Shown here: one piece after another, positions 49,773-60,803 of the stretch | Position numbering within the stretch: the stretch's first letter is position 1 | How the letters are laid out: the number at the start of each line of letters is the position of its first letter | IMG/VR virus record: IMGVR_UViG_3300034190_002630 | DNA: 64,000 nucleotides | Direction: 5' to 3' (one strand) | From: a virus | Translations under genes and position numbers: made by a program | Notes under the pieces: generated by a model | What the model saw: the letters and a program-made list of their open reading frames with translations, nothing else | What the model was told of the DNA's origin: nothing | The model's database searches: none

Positions 49773-51114
49773 AGAATATGCTAGAAAAGTTTTACCATTT
49801 TTAAAAGAAGAATACTTTCAAGATAGAAATCAAAGAATCGTATTCAAAGAGATAAGTTCTTTTGCGTTAAAGTATTCAAAACTTCCAACAAAAACATCTT
49901 TGGAAGTTGAACTTGATAACCGAAAAGATTTAACTGAACAACAATATAAAGACATAACAAATATTGTTAGCAACTTTACAGATGATGCAGTTGATATAGA
50001 GTGGTTAACTGATACTACCGAAACATTCTGTAAAGATAGGGCAATCTATAATGCCGTCGTGGACGGAATCTCTATTATTGAAGGTAGAGATTCCACACGT
50101 AAACCTGATGCACTTCCAAGTCTTTTGACAGATGCATTATCTGTTTCTTTTGATAATAGAGTTGGTCATGATTATATAGAGGATGCGTCAGATAGATTTG
50201 AATACTTACATCGTAAAGAAGAACGTATTCCATTTGACTTAGAATATTTCAATAAAATTACAAAAGGTGGACTCCCACAAAAAACATTAAACATTGCACT
50301 TGCTGGAACTGGTGTCGGTAAATCTTTGTTCATGTGTCACATGGCTGCAAACTGCATAAATCAAGGACGAAATGTTCTTTACATTACACTAGAAATGGCA
50401 GAGGAAAGAATCGCAGAAAGAATAGATGCGAATCTTATGAATGTAAGTATGGATGCACTTCAAGATTTACCTAAACCAATGTACGATGATAAGATCGAAA
50501 AGATCATGAACAAAGTAAAAGGTAAACTGATTATAAAAGAATATCCAACAGCATCAGCACATACTAATCACTTTCGTTCATTACTACAAGAACTATCAAT
50601 CAAAAAAAGTTTTAAACCAGAGATAATCTTTGTAGATTACTTAAATATATGTGCTTCAAGTCGTTTTAAAGGGGGCTCAAACATTAATTCATATACACTA
50701 ATCAAATCTATCGCAGAGGAATTAAGGGGTCTAGCAGTCGAAAATAACGTGCCTATCGTGTCTGCTACACAGACAACTAGAGGTGGATATGTATCAACGG
50801 ATATAGGACTTGAGGATACATCTGAGTCATTTGGATTGCCTGCAACAGCAGATTTTATGTTTGCATTAATTACCTCTGAAGAATTAGAAGAACTTCAACA
50901 GATACAAGTTAAACAGTTGAAGAACAGATACAATGACCCAACAATCAACAAAAGATTTATTCTAGGAATTGACAGATCAAAAATGAAACTGTATGATGTA
51001 GAACTAAACGCTCAAGATGATCTAGTTGATAGTGGACAAGAAGACAAAATACCAGCACTAGATAAATCCACTAGTGGTGAAAGATATGCGAAATTTCAAG
51101 AAATTAAAGTCTAG
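49726..51114 (+). CDS. gp41: Replicative helicase gp41
   Basis: AGTGVGKS, ITLEM, FVDYLN, SATQTTR, SESFGLPATAD, KNRY. Confidence 0.96.
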   Translation: MKNITLTILENLVANEEYARKVLPFLKEEYFQDRNQRIVFKEISSFALKYSKLPTKTSLEVELDNRKDLTEQQYKDITNIVSNFTDDAVDIEWLTDTTETFCKDRAIYNAVVDGISIIEGRDSTRKPDALPSLLTDALSVSFDNRVGHDYIEDASDRFEYLHRKEERIPFDLEYFNKITKGGLPQKTLNIALAGTGVGKSLFMCHMAANCINQGRNVLYITLEMAEERIAERIDANLMNVSMDALQDLPKPMYDDKIEKIMNKVKGKLIIKEYPTASAHTNHFRSLLQELSIKKSFKPEIIFVDYLNICASSRFKGGSNINSYTLIKSIAEELRGLAVENNVPIVSATQTTRGGYVSTDIGLEDTSESFGLPATADFMFALITSEELEELQQIQVKQLKNRYNDPTINKRFILGIDRSKMKLYDVELNAQDDLVDSGQEDKIPALDKSTSGERYAKFQEIKV

Positions 51115-51301
51115 ATATTATGTGGATTTAGATGATTCTAATTTAAATTATCCATATAATTGTATAGATGTAAAGACAAATGAGGTGGTATGGAACTTTG
51201 AATTTGAGGAAGACGCTTTAGAATGGTGTAAGAATCAAAATAAAAAACCAACTTTTGGTAAGGATAGAATACCTCCACATATGAGGATGTATAAAACATA
51301 A
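51086..51301 (+). CDS. Hypothetical protein
   Basis: Short ORF overlapping the end of gp41. Confidence 0.45.
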   Translation: MRNFKKLKSRYYVDLDDSNLNYPYNCIDVKTNEVVWNFEFEEDALEWCKNQNKKPTFGKDRIPPHMRMYKT

Positions 51302-51327
51302 ATATATAAGTAATAAATGGGGGAGCG

Positions 51328-52653
51328 ATGTCTATTAGAAAGTTTGTACAACAAGTAAGACCTAGAGAACAATCATACAAACCTAAATTAATTATTGTTG
51401 AAGAACTTCTTGCTGAAGAAGAACTTCCAAAAGATATTATGAGGGGTTTAAGTTATGAGAAGTCTGAGAAACAATCTACATCTAAAAGAGATGTTTATAT
51501 TGTTCGTTCATCAGATAGAGAAACTGATAGAGATGAGATTCTAAGAAATCTTAATCAAGCAGGCATCAAGGCATCACTTGGTTCGAGTTCATCATCAGTT
51601 GATCCGATTGATGGCATATATCAAAATAGAAATTTTAGGATTTTTGTAAAACCACTATCTGGTGGCATGGGTGAAACTACTTTAAACTCTAGTATCACAG
51701 AGTTATTTCCCTTAATCGCATTCGAAAAAAAATATAATCCAAAAGATATCATATCATTTCATCAATTTTTACTAGGTGTTGATGTTTCAAAACTTAAATG
51801 TGTTGGCCCAAAAGATATTAAAGCCGCAGAGGAAACAATAAACAAAGCAGATACATCTACTAAGTTTAAAAAAAAAATGGCAAACGCTATTGGTGTTCTT
51901 AAATACATTCAACAAGAAGATAAAAATAAAAAGATAAAAAGTTTGTTTTGGGGATACAGAGCAAAGCCTGCAGGTGTGCCTAGTAAACACCCAGGTGATA
52001 TGTTTATTACTTACAACGATAACAAAATTTTAGGTGTTAGTTTAAAAGCAGGTGGAAAGAAAACATCTGAACCACAATTAAACACTTACATAGGAAAAGT
52101 TTTTGATGAGTTCAAAGATAGAAACTATGGTAAACTAATATCATTGGCATACAAATCAGTTTACTCTAAAATACCAGGTATGCCACCTGAGAGATCATTT
52201 ATTAGAGATAGAAAAACAAAAGATATATTAAGAGACTTTGATAAAAAAAATAATGCACAATATGAAAAATTTTACAATGATTACCTTGAGATTATGAGAC
52301 AAGGAATAGTCAAATTATTTAATAAAAATAAAGATAATACAATAAAATATATTAAAACAAATATACTTAGAGATGCACCTGATGTTCCTACTATAGTGAT
52401 TAAAGCAGTTGGTAGTGATTACGAAGAAGTGACAGATAAAGATCAACTAGGTGTTTTTTTACCACAAGTAAAATTTATTAGGGCAACATCATCTCAATCA
52501 TCTAAACAAAATTGGTTTATAGAATTGACATCTGGCCCAGATACTTTGAAAATGAGTATGTCTATTCGAACAAATAAATCAGGTCATGCTGGATTAAAAA
52601 AGTTAGGTCAATTTAGTCTTGCAGTAAAATACAATGGATTGTCAAAAAAATGA
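51328..52653 (+). CDS. Hypothetical protein with a PD-(D/E)xK-like nuclease motif
   Basis: KHPGDMFI...GVSLK; CATAAATA late-like element at 51297. Confidence 0.45.
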   Translation: MSIRKFVQQVRPREQSYKPKLIIVEELLAEEELPKDIMRGLSYEKSEKQSTSKRDVYIVRSSDRETDRDEILRNLNQAGIKASLGSSSSSVDPIDGIYQNRNFRIFVKPLSGGMGETTLNSSITELFPLIAFEKKYNPKDIISFHQFLLGVDVSKLKCVGPKDIKAAEETINKADTSTKFKKKMANAIGVLKYIQQEDKNKKIKSLFWGYRAKPAGVPSKHPGDMFITYNDNKILGVSLKAGGKKTSEPQLNTYIGKVFDEFKDRNYGKLISLAYKSVYSKIPGMPPERSFIRDRKTKDILRDFDKKNNAQYEKFYNDYLEIMRQGIVKLFNKNKDNTIKYIKTNILRDAPDVPTIVIKAVGSDYEEVTDKDQLGVFLPQVKFIRATSSQSSKQNWFIELTSGPDTLKMSMSIRTNKSGHAGLKKLGQFSLAVKYNGLSKK

Positions 52654-53882
52654 TACAATTTTTAGAGGAACAAGCAGGTAAGAATCTACATTTAGAACAT
52701 ATCGAAGATGAGATAATAAACTTTGGTGTGCCAGGTGGTCGAGCTGCTATAAACTTTTTAAGAAGTTTAAGAGATATGTTAGCAGGTGCGAGTAGATCAT
52801 CTGTTAATATGACTGTTAAATGGGATGGCGCTCCAGCGATATTCGCAGGTATAGACCCAGAGGACGGAAAGTTTTTTGTTGCAAAAAAGTCAGTATTCAA
52901 CGTAAATCCAAAGTTATATAAGACAAACGCAGAGATTGATGCAGATTTATCTGGTGAACTAAATGCAAAATTTAAAGTTGCACTAAAAGAGTTTGCTAAA
53001 CTAGGTATCAAAGGAGTTCTTCAAGGTGATCTTATGTTTACTAATGATCTTGAAACAGATACAATAGATGGTGAAAAAGTTTATACATTTCAACCAAACA
53101 CCATAGTTTACGCAGTGCCAGTTGATTCTGATCTAGGAAAGGTTATGAAAAAAGCAAAGATAGGAGTTGTATGGCATACAACATACTCTGGCAAATCACT
53201 ACCTGTTATGAAAGCATCTTTTGGTGCGAACATCAGTAATTTAAACAAGTCTGCTTCGGTTTGGATGGATGATGCAACATACAAAGACGTATCAGGCAAA
53301 GCCACATTCAATGCCAAAGAAACTGCACTGGTTACGAAAACATTATCAGATGTAGGAAAGACATTTCAAAAAATAAATGCACCAATGTTAAATAAATTCC
53401 TTAGACTTCAAGAATCAATGACTGGTGCGTTGGCAGGTGCATCATATAAAACTTACACAAATAGTAAAGTAAGGAGAGGGGAAAAAGTTAAGAATGCAAA
53501 CAGACATGCTGCAGAGTATGTCAATTGGGTACAAGATTCAGTAAAAAAACAGATTGATAAAGTAAAAACACCTGCTGGAAAGAAAAAATATGAGAATATA
53601 TCTAAACAATATACAATAGAAATCAAAAAACATGTAAGAAATTTGACTGAAGTCGTTAAATTTCAAAATTTTATGATTGATGCAAAAATGCAAATTGTTA
53701 GAAAACTAAATAGTGTAAAACAACTAACAGGCACATTTATTCGTACAGATAATGGATATAAAGTGGTTAACCCAGAGGGTTATGTTGCGATAGACAGAGT
53801 GTCTGGTAATGCTGTGAAATTAGTCGATAGAATGGAATTTTCGTTTAATAATTTCACTGCAATAAAGGCATGGGATAGATGA
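52650..53882 (+). CDS. Protein with ligase-type nucleotidyltransferase motifs (DUF6267-like)
   Basis: TVKWDG (KxDG), QGD, EGYV, VKLV. Confidence 0.55.
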   Translation: MIQFLEEQAGKNLHLEHIEDEIINFGVPGGRAAINFLRSLRDMLAGASRSSVNMTVKWDGAPAIFAGIDPEDGKFFVAKKSVFNVNPKLYKTNAEIDADLSGELNAKFKVALKEFAKLGIKGVLQGDLMFTNDLETDTIDGEKVYTFQPNTIVYAVPVDSDLGKVMKKAKIGVVWHTTYSGKSLPVMKASFGANISNLNKSASVWMDDATYKDVSGKATFNAKETALVTKTLSDVGKTFQKINAPMLNKFLRLQESMTGALAGASYKTYTNSKVRRGEKVKNANRHAAEYVNWVQDSVKKQIDKVKTPAGKKKYENISKQYTIEIKKHVRNLTEVVKFQNFMIDAKMQIVRKLNSVKQLTGTFIRTDNGYKVVNPEGYVAIDRVSGNAVKLVDRMEFSFNNFTAIKAWDR

Positions 53883-54256
53883 AAAACATAAAAGATTTAA
53901 TAAACGAACTCAAAGAACGAGTCGTATCAGTCGCTCAAAGAAGAAAGATCGGCAGAAGAATGGCTCGCCTCGCAAAAACATCAGCATTTAAAGCCAAAAG
54001 AGAAAGAGCAATGAAAAAGATTGCCACACCTATGAAACAACGTGTCAAGGCAACTAAGATGGCAAGAAAACTTATTCGTAAGAAATTTTATCCAAAATAT
54101 GATCAGATGGCACCAATGCAGAAGATGAAAATAGATCAAATTGTAAATGCAAAATATGGTGCTGCAATCGAAAAGATTGCAAAGAGAAATTTAATAAAAG
54201 TTAAAAAAGCAGAGATTGAAAAAGTCAAAAGAGCAAGACAGAAAAAAGATGATTAA
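53879..54256 (+). CDS. Very basic hypothetical protein
   Basis: Lys/Arg-rich, 125 aa. Confidence 0.55.
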   Translation: MKNIKDLINELKERVVSVAQRRKIGRRMARLAKTSAFKAKRERAMKKIATPMKQRVKATKMARKLIRKKFYPKYDQMAPMQKMKIDQIVNAKYGAAIEKIAKRNLIKVKKAEIEKVKRARQKKDD

Positions 54257-55889
54257 AAAATTTAATGCATATGAACAACCAGGCAAATCAGTTGTGTTTG
54301 CATTTGGTAGATTTAATCCACCAACCACAGGTCATGAAAAATTAATTAACAAAGTAAAACAAGTTGCTGGATCAGATGAATATAGAATATATCCTAGTTT
54401 CTCACAAAATCAAAATAAAGATCCATTGCCACACGCACTAAAGATTGCGTACATGAGAAAAATGTTTCCAAAACATAAAAGAAATATTATTGCTGATAGA
54501 AAAGCTATCACTGCAATAGATATTGCAACTAAATTATATGACCAAGGTTTTAGAAATTTAAAAATGGTTGCTGGTTCAGATAGAGTAAAAGAGTTTGAAA
54601 CATTATTAAAAAAGTATAATGGTGTGGAAGGTAAACGACACGGATTCTATAAGTTTGATAATATTGATGTTGTGTCTGCTGGAGAGAGAGACCCAGATGC
54701 AGAAGGTGTATCAGGTATGTCAGCATCTAAGATGAGGTATCATGCAAACAAAGGTGAATACGATGATTTTGCTGATGGTTTACCTAAAGGATTTAAAGAC
54801 GGAAGAAAATTATTTAGAGATGTTCGTAAGTACATGGGTATTAGAGAACAGAAAGACATGGGTGTCATGAATGAATATGAAGAACTCAGAGACAGATATT
54901 TAACAGGTCAGATATGGAAGATTGGTGATTTAGTAGAGGCAAAGGGTATCGAGGGAAAAATAATTCAAAGAGGAACAAACTATATTACATTTAATGATAG
55001 TCAAGGTAAAGTTCACAAAGCATGGTTGCACGAGATAAAAGTAGAACAAAAAAAAATTACAGCAGTAAGACAAGATAAAGATGTAAAAGATAAACCAGGT
55101 ACGCAACCTGCAAAATATTACTCTGGTGTAAAAAAGAAAACTAAAGACTCAAGAGCTGCACATTTTAGAAAAGGTGCAAAAATGGACGATGACAATCCAG
55201 CTGCATACAAACCAGCACCGGGTGATTCTAAAGGTAAAACTAAACCATCTCAATATACAAAGAAGTTTAAAAAAATGTTTGGTGACTCATATGATATAGG
55301 TAAAGACTATGGTGATCACACAAGATCTGTTACACCTGGCGAAAATAAAAAATTGACAAAAGAAGATATTGAAGGTTGGTATAAAAATGAGGATATACAC
55401 GAAAAGTATGAACTAAGATATGGAGACAATTGGTATATTAAATTAACAGAAACATATAATAAACTTCTTGAAAAGGTTGAAGTTGTTCATGATAATTGTG
55501 GTACACCAGATTGTTGTGGTCAGTGTGCTGATGCAAATATTACTGAACAAAAGAAAGAAACATTAGATTCTTTTGGTACTTTTATATTAAGAAATGCTTG
55601 GGGTGAAATAGTTGAGTCTGCTGAGTTTGAGGGAAGAAAAGTTAAATTAAATGATCCTATACGTACAAGTGAAAATCCTAATAAAAAATTTAAAGTATAT
55701 GTTAAAAACGAAAAAGGTAACGTAGTTGTAGTTCGTTTTGGTGATCCTAATTTAGAAATAAAAAGAGATGACCCTGCCAGAAGAAAATCATTTAGGGCAA
55801 GACATAATTGTGATAACCCAGGGCCAAAAACAAAGGCTAGATATTGGAGTTGTCAACAATGGAGAGCAGGCGCAAAGGTAGATAACTAA
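54249..55889 (+). CDS. Cytidyltransferase-like (HxGH) nucleotidyltransferase fused to small basic modules
   Basis: FGRFNPPTTGH, GSDR, SAGERDPD, MSASKMR, then modular C-terminus. Confidence 0.75.
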   Translation: MIKKFNAYEQPGKSVVFAFGRFNPPTTGHEKLINKVKQVAGSDEYRIYPSFSQNQNKDPLPHALKIAYMRKMFPKHKRNIIADRKAITAIDIATKLYDQGFRNLKMVAGSDRVKEFETLLKKYNGVEGKRHGFYKFDNIDVVSAGERDPDAEGVSGMSASKMRYHANKGEYDDFADGLPKGFKDGRKLFRDVRKYMGIREQKDMGVMNEYEELRDRYLTGQIWKIGDLVEAKGIEGKIIQRGTNYITFNDSQGKVHKAWLHEIKVEQKKITAVRQDKDVKDKPGTQPAKYYSGVKKKTKDSRAAHFRKGAKMDDDNPAAYKPAPGDSKGKTKPSQYTKKFKKMFGDSYDIGKDYGDHTRSVTPGENKKLTKEDIEGWYKNEDIHEKYELRYGDNWYIKLTETYNKLLEKVEVVHDNCGTPDCCGQCADANITEQKKETLDSFGTFILRNAWGEIVESAEFEGRKVKLNDPIRTSENPNKKFKVYVKNEKGNVVVVRFGDPNLEIKRDDPARRKSFRARHNCDNPGPKTKARYWSCQQWRAGAKVDN

Positions 55890-56746
55890 TGCAAGAACTA
55901 GGTCAATTCATGTCTCTTGTATCAGACGAAAAACAAAAAGTTCAAAAAATACAAGAGGAAAAAGATAAAAGGTTTAAACCTAGAGTTTCTGTAGGACAAT
56001 CATTATCAGAGTTTTTTAATTTAATATCTGAAGCACCTAGAATTCCTAGAAAAAAAGGACAACCTGCAGGTTCTGACAAACACTCTGATTTATACACAGA
56101 CGAAAATCCAAAAGGAACAATACATGGTTTAGGATTTAAAGATGTTGAAACTGCAAGAGCATCTGTAAAAAAAATTATCAATTCTGGTAGATCACACGCA
56201 CATAAAATACAAGCTGCGATTGCAATGGAGCAAAGAGCAAGAGTAATGGGAAAAACAGCAGAAGCTGCAGTGTATCGAAGATATATTGAAAAGATGAAAA
56301 AGAAAACTAAAGAAATGAGAAAAGAGGACATGGAACCTCAAATTATTGAGAAACATTTCACAAGAGAGATCGTAAGAGAAGTGCCAGTTGAAAAGAAACA
56401 AGAGTTTACAAAAGAAGATAATGCACAAAGAATTGATGTTCTTAAAACATTTTTTGAAAGATTAGATAGTTTCGAACAAAATTTAGAAAAAAGAGAACTG
56501 GCTCAGAAGATGACTAATTACTTACCTGAACAACCAGAACAAAATGAACTGACAAAATTAAAAGAAGATTTTAGACAATTTAAGAACATTATATCACAAC
56601 AAATGGCGACAATAGGAGGCGGTGGCGCAGTAAGACTGCAAGACTTGGACGATGTTGATACATCATCACTTGGTAATGGAAAATTTTTAGTATTTAACTC
56701 TACATCAGGCAAACTAGAATTTACAGATCAAGTGGATGGTAATTAA
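55889..56746 (+). CDS. Mosaic hypothetical protein
   Basis: Basic HSDLYTDENP module, coiled coil, fibre-like C-terminus (LQDLDDVD). Confidence 0.5.
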   Translation: MQELGQFMSLVSDEKQKVQKIQEEKDKRFKPRVSVGQSLSEFFNLISEAPRIPRKKGQPAGSDKHSDLYTDENPKGTIHGLGFKDVETARASVKKIINSGRSHAHKIQAAIAMEQRARVMGKTAEAAVYRRYIEKMKKKTKEMRKEDMEPQIIEKHFTREIVREVPVEKKQEFTKEDNAQRIDVLKTFFERLDSFEQNLEKRELAQKMTNYLPEQPEQNELTKLKEDFRQFKNIISQQMATIGGGGAVRLQDLDDVDTSSLGNGKFLVFNSTSGKLEFTDQVDGN

Positions 56747-57303
56747 TGGCACTTAAAATAAAATTAAAAAGAATTGCTGGAACTCCAACAACTTCAAATT
56801 TAGAAGACGGTGAGATAGCACATAATACAAGTGCGAATACACTTCATGTAAGAATTGGTGATACAATACACGCAGTTGGTGGAAGTGGTTCAGTAGACCT
56901 ATCTGCCGTTGATCAAGATATTATACCTGACGGAAATGGAACAAGAAACTTAGGAAGTGCAACTAAAAGATTTGCTGAATTATTTCTTACAGGAAACACA
57001 ATCAATCTTGGGGGTGCGACAATCAGTTCAGACGGAACAGGAACGATTGCTATTTCTGGTGATGGTGTAACACTTCCAAACAATTCTGCTCTTGCATCTG
57101 GTGAAAAACTTGCCGTTGCGAATAATGAAGGTGTTCCAATAAGAATAGTTAACTTATTTACTGCGGCAGGCGGATTATCTACTGCGGCAACAACACTAAA
57201 TTTTAAAGCATCAGCATCAAGAGATTTAGTTTTTACAGGATTAAAATTAACAAATGGACAAAATATAACATCAACTCAACAAACAACGTTGTTTGAGTTC
57301 TAG
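56746..57303 (+). CDS. Fibre-like virion protein
   Basis: IKLKR....P....L..GEIA; IIPD......LGSATKRFAELFL. Confidence 0.6.
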   Translation: MALKIKLKRIAGTPTTSNLEDGEIAHNTSANTLHVRIGDTIHAVGGSGSVDLSAVDQDIIPDGNGTRNLGSATKRFAELFLTGNTINLGGATISSDGTGTIAISGDGVTLPNNSALASGEKLAVANNEGVPIRIVNLFTAAGGLSTAATTLNFKASASRDLVFTGLKLTNGQNITSTQQTTLFEF

Positions 57304-57317
57304 GAATAAATAAAAAT

Positions 57318-59204
57318 ATGAGTAGTAAAACACCAGTAAGAGTAGTATTTGACGGAAGTAACAATGCGACAGGACTCGCCGAATTTCAATCAGGTGAGTT
57401 TATTCCTTTAACGCATGGTGGACTTGGTGCATCTTTATCTTTAGGAACTGCTGGACAAGTTTTAAAAGTAAACTCTGGCGCTTCTGCTTTAGAATTTGGT
57501 AATGTTGAAGCAATTTTAAATATAGACGGACTCACAGACGGATCAGGTATTACAATCGCTGATGGTGATGACTTTGCAATATCTGACGCTGGAACTGAAA
57601 AAAAAGTAAATGCATCTCAGATTTCTACTTATGTTCAAGGAACTATAAGTGGTGATATAACAATATCAGGTGGAACTGCAGCCATTGGATCTGGTGTTAT
57701 TGTTAACGCAGACATAAACTCAAGTGCGGCTATCGCCGACAGTAAACTTGATACGATATCTACCGCAGGTAAGGTTGCATTATCAGCTTTAGAAATAGAT
57801 GGTGGAACAGACATTGGTGCTGCACTAACAACTTCAGATTTAATAGTTGTTGATGATGGTGCAGGTGGAACAAATAGGAAAGCTGCATTATCAAGATTAG
57901 TTACACTTATGGAGTCAGAGATAGATGCCATTGGTGGTAACTTAACAATAACAGGTAATCTAACTGTTAACGGATCTACGACAACTGTATCTACGACAAA
58001 CACTGTAGTTTCTGATAAATTATTTGAACTCGCAAACGGACAATCAGGCACACCATCAGGTGATATTGGTCTTGTTATGGAAAGAGGAAGTTCTGATAAT
58101 GCATTTATAGGATTTGATGAATCTGCTGATAAATTTATAGTTGGAACAGGTTCGTTCACTGGTTCGACAACTGGTGATTTAACAATAACAACAGGAACAT
58201 TAGTTGCAAACATTGAGGGAAATGTAACAGGTAATGTGACAGGTAATGTAAGTGGCACAGCTGCTACAGTTACAGGTGCAGCTCAGTCAAATATTACATC
58301 ACTCGGAACATTGACAACTTTAACAGTTGATAATATTATAATCAATGGTACAACAATTGGACATACTGATGACACAGATTTAATAACCCTTGCAGATGGT
58401 ATTGCAACTGTGGCAGGTGAAATATCTGTAACAACTCTTGACATTGGTGGAACTAATGTCACATCAACTGCCGCTGAACTTAATTTAGTTGATGGTTCTA
58501 GTGCTGGAACAATTGTTAATAGTAAAGCAGTCATCTATGGTAGTTCTGGTGAGGTAAATGCAACTACGTTACAGATTGCTGGATCATCTATAACATCGAC
58601 TGCTGCTGAACTTAATCTTATGGATGGTGGAACGTCAGCTGGAACAACTGCTGTTGCAGGCGGTGATGGTATCGTGACAAATGACGGTGGAACAATGCGT
58701 CAAACAACAGTTGATACATTTGATACATACTTATCTCAAACTACTAAGACCTTAACAAATAAAAGTTTAACATCACCACAAATAAATACGCAAATAGATT
58801 TACTCGCAAGAGCAGAAGCAAGATTTCAAGATTCATCAGGTGGTCAATATGTTGCACTAAAAGCACCTGCAACTGTTTCAAGTAATGTTACATTTACATT
58901 GCCTGCAGAGGACGGATCAGCAAATCAAGTTTTAAAAACAGATGGTTCAGGCACTCTTAGTTTTGGCACAGATGAACAATCTGCTTTTGCTGATTCAACT
59001 ATAACATCAACACCTGGTGGAAGTGGGGATTTTGATTTATCAAAAACAAATAATTCTGGTAGTTCTGAATCACCTTTTGACTCAAGCGCTCTTGATGCAT
59101 TCGGTGTTATTTTAGGAGTTGTATTTGATGCAATGGAGCCAAGAGGAACAAGCACTGCGAATAACACTGATTTAGGATCAAGTGAGTCACATGTGGGTGC
59201 ATAG
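57318..59204 (+). CDS. Tail fibre-like virion protein
   Basis: Gly/Thr-rich; GNVTGNVTGNV, TSTAAELN x2, TLPAEDGSANQVLKTDGSG. Confidence 0.75.
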   Translation: MSSKTPVRVVFDGSNNATGLAEFQSGEFIPLTHGGLGASLSLGTAGQVLKVNSGASALEFGNVEAILNIDGLTDGSGITIADGDDFAISDAGTEKKVNASQISTYVQGTISGDITISGGTAAIGSGVIVNADINSSAAIADSKLDTISTAGKVALSALEIDGGTDIGAALTTSDLIVVDDGAGGTNRKAALSRLVTLMESEIDAIGGNLTITGNLTVNGSTTTVSTTNTVVSDKLFELANGQSGTPSGDIGLVMERGSSDNAFIGFDESADKFIVGTGSFTGSTTGDLTITTGTLVANIEGNVTGNVTGNVSGTAATVTGAAQSNITSLGTLTTLTVDNIIINGTTIGHTDDTDLITLADGIATVAGEISVTTLDIGGTNVTSTAAELNLVDGSSAGTIVNSKAVIYGSSGEVNATTLQIAGSSITSTAAELNLMDGGTSAGTTAVAGGDGIVTNDGGTMRQTTVDTFDTYLSQTTKTLTNKSLTSPQINTQIDLLARAEARFQDSSGGQYVALKAPATVSSNVTFTLPAEDGSANQVLKTDGSGTLSFGTDEQSAFADSTITSTPGGSGDFDLSKTNNSGSSESPFDSSALDAFGVILGVVFDAMEPRGTSTANNTDLGSSESHVGA

Positions 59205-59208
59205 GATT

Positions 59209-59216
59209 TATAAATA
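59209..59216 (+). promoter_or_regulatory. T4-type late promoter
   Basis: TATAAATA before ORF 59232. Confidence 0.75.
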
Positions 59217-59231
59217 AAGGATAGGATAAAA

Positions 59232-60803
59232 ATGACAAGATATAAAAAATCAATGTTTGACGCAACTATGGAAGTATTGAAACCTTCTATGGGCGCTGGT
59301 GCTTATATAAAAGACTTTCGAAAGTCTGATGCTCCACAATTCAAAGGAAAATCAGAAAAAGAGAGAGATAAAATGGCAATCGCCGCCTATCTAGATGCAA
59401 AAGATGAAGTCAATGAGGGCGCAAAAAACAGTGTTATATCTATGACAAAATTTAAAAATCCTAAAATAGTAAAACAAGTTTCAGATATAATTAAAAAAGT
59501 AGGAACTGATAAAATCAAAGTAAAAAAGATACCTGGTGGTATGGAAATCGCAGGTTCCAATGTTCATCTAACACAAGTCATAGATAGATTTTTTGATCAA
59601 ACAATCAAAACTTCAAAAGGTGATTTTTCAACACCTGCATTAATACGGATGAAAGAAGATTATGATTATGAAACATTTGTAATAATGGGTGAAGAAGTTG
59701 AACAACTAGATGAAAAGATTGCAGGTCTTGAGAAAAAATCAGATCAAACAGGTGTTCCATATGGCATACTAAAGAAAAGTTATGATAGAGGTGTTGCCGC
59801 ATGGAGAACAGGTCACAGACCTGGTACAACACCACAACAATGGGCGTTTGCCAGAGTGAACTCAATGTTAACAGGTGGTAAGGCAGACCCAGATTTACAG
59901 GCAAAGATCAAAGCAGGTGGATATAAGAAAAAGAAAAAAGCAAAAAAAGAAGAAACTAATTTAGATGAAGATGCTAAAATGGCAAAACAATCTGATGCTG
60001 ATTTAAAATCTATGATGAAGAAAATGCGTGATGCTGAAAAGAAAGATCCAAAGATGCCTTCTACTCAATTCATGATTAAACGTATTAGCAAAGAAATGAA
60101 AAAAAGAGGTTTAAAAGAAGAAACAATTAAAGAATTCAAAAATATGATTGTCACTATTAATGACCCTCGAAAAAGAAAAAAGGCAATCGATGATTTAGTA
60201 AAAAAGAATTTTGGTATTAAAAAAGATATTATGAACCCTAAAAAATTTAAAGTATATGGTAATGACACAGACTTAAACAAATATGCTAAAGATTTGAAAA
60301 ACTTTTATGGTGCAACTATTAAGGCTGAAGAGTTTCAAATTAAAGAAGATGGTCACATGGATGTTCCAAGTTCAATAAGAATGTGCAAGACTATCATTGA
60401 AGACGCAAACGAAATACAACAGATTTTATCATCGAAGGGTGATGAAAATATAGACACTTGGTGGACAAACAAACTTGCTGTTGCCGCCAGTTCATTGAAT
60501 AAACTTAGAGACTATATCAAAAACCCAATGGAAGAAGGTAGAAAATCTAAGTATGCTCAGGATGATGAGGATGAAGAGGGCGCAAATAAACATATCGTTA
60601 TGCAACTAAGAAAAACAGTTGATTTGAAAGGTAATTTTAAAACTGAATTTGAGGATGGTAAAAAACAAAAAATACCTTTAGAGATCGCAAGAAAATTAAG
60701 TCATAAATATAATATGCTTAAAAAACCAATCGAAAAAGAAATATTCCAAAAGAGAATATCAAAGTCATATAGAGACTTACTAAAAGTGGCAAAGGAGAAG
60801 TAA
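59232..60803 (+). CDS. Modular Lys/Glu-rich protein, probable capsid-internal polyprotein
   Basis: Short modules separated by hydrophobic-x-E motifs (LDE, LKE, IKE, MEE); includes a GHRPGTTPQQWAFARVNS module. Confidence 0.55.
   Translation: MTRYKKSMFDATMEVLKPSMGAGAYIKDFRKSDAPQFKGKSEKERDKMAIAAYLDAKDEVNEGAKNSVISMTKFKNPKIVKQVSDIIKKVGTDKIKVKKIPGGMEIAGSNVHLTQVIDRFFDQTIKTSKGDFSTPALIRMKEDYDYETFVIMGEEVEQLDEKIAGLEKKSDQTGVPYGILKKSYDRGVAAWRTGHRPGTTPQQWAFARVNSMLTGGKADPDLQAKIKAGGYKKKKKAKKEETNLDEDAKMAKQSDADLKSMMKKMRDAEKKDPKMPSTQFMIKRISKEMKKRGLKEETIKEFKNMIVTINDPRKRKKAIDDLVKKNFGIKKDIMNPKKFKVYGNDTDLNKYAKDLKNFYGATIKAEEFQIKEDGHMDVPSSIRMCKTIIEDANEIQQILSSKGDENIDTWWTNKLAVAASSLNKLRDYIKNPMEEGRKSKYAQDDEDEEGANKHIVMQLRKTVDLKGNFKTEFEDGKKQKIPLEIARKLSHKYNMLKKPIEKEIFQKRISKSYRDLLKVAKEK

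Noticed and set aside
57318-59204. Iron-binding HxH fibre tips
   Set aside because: No repeated HxH motifs in the fibre-like proteins
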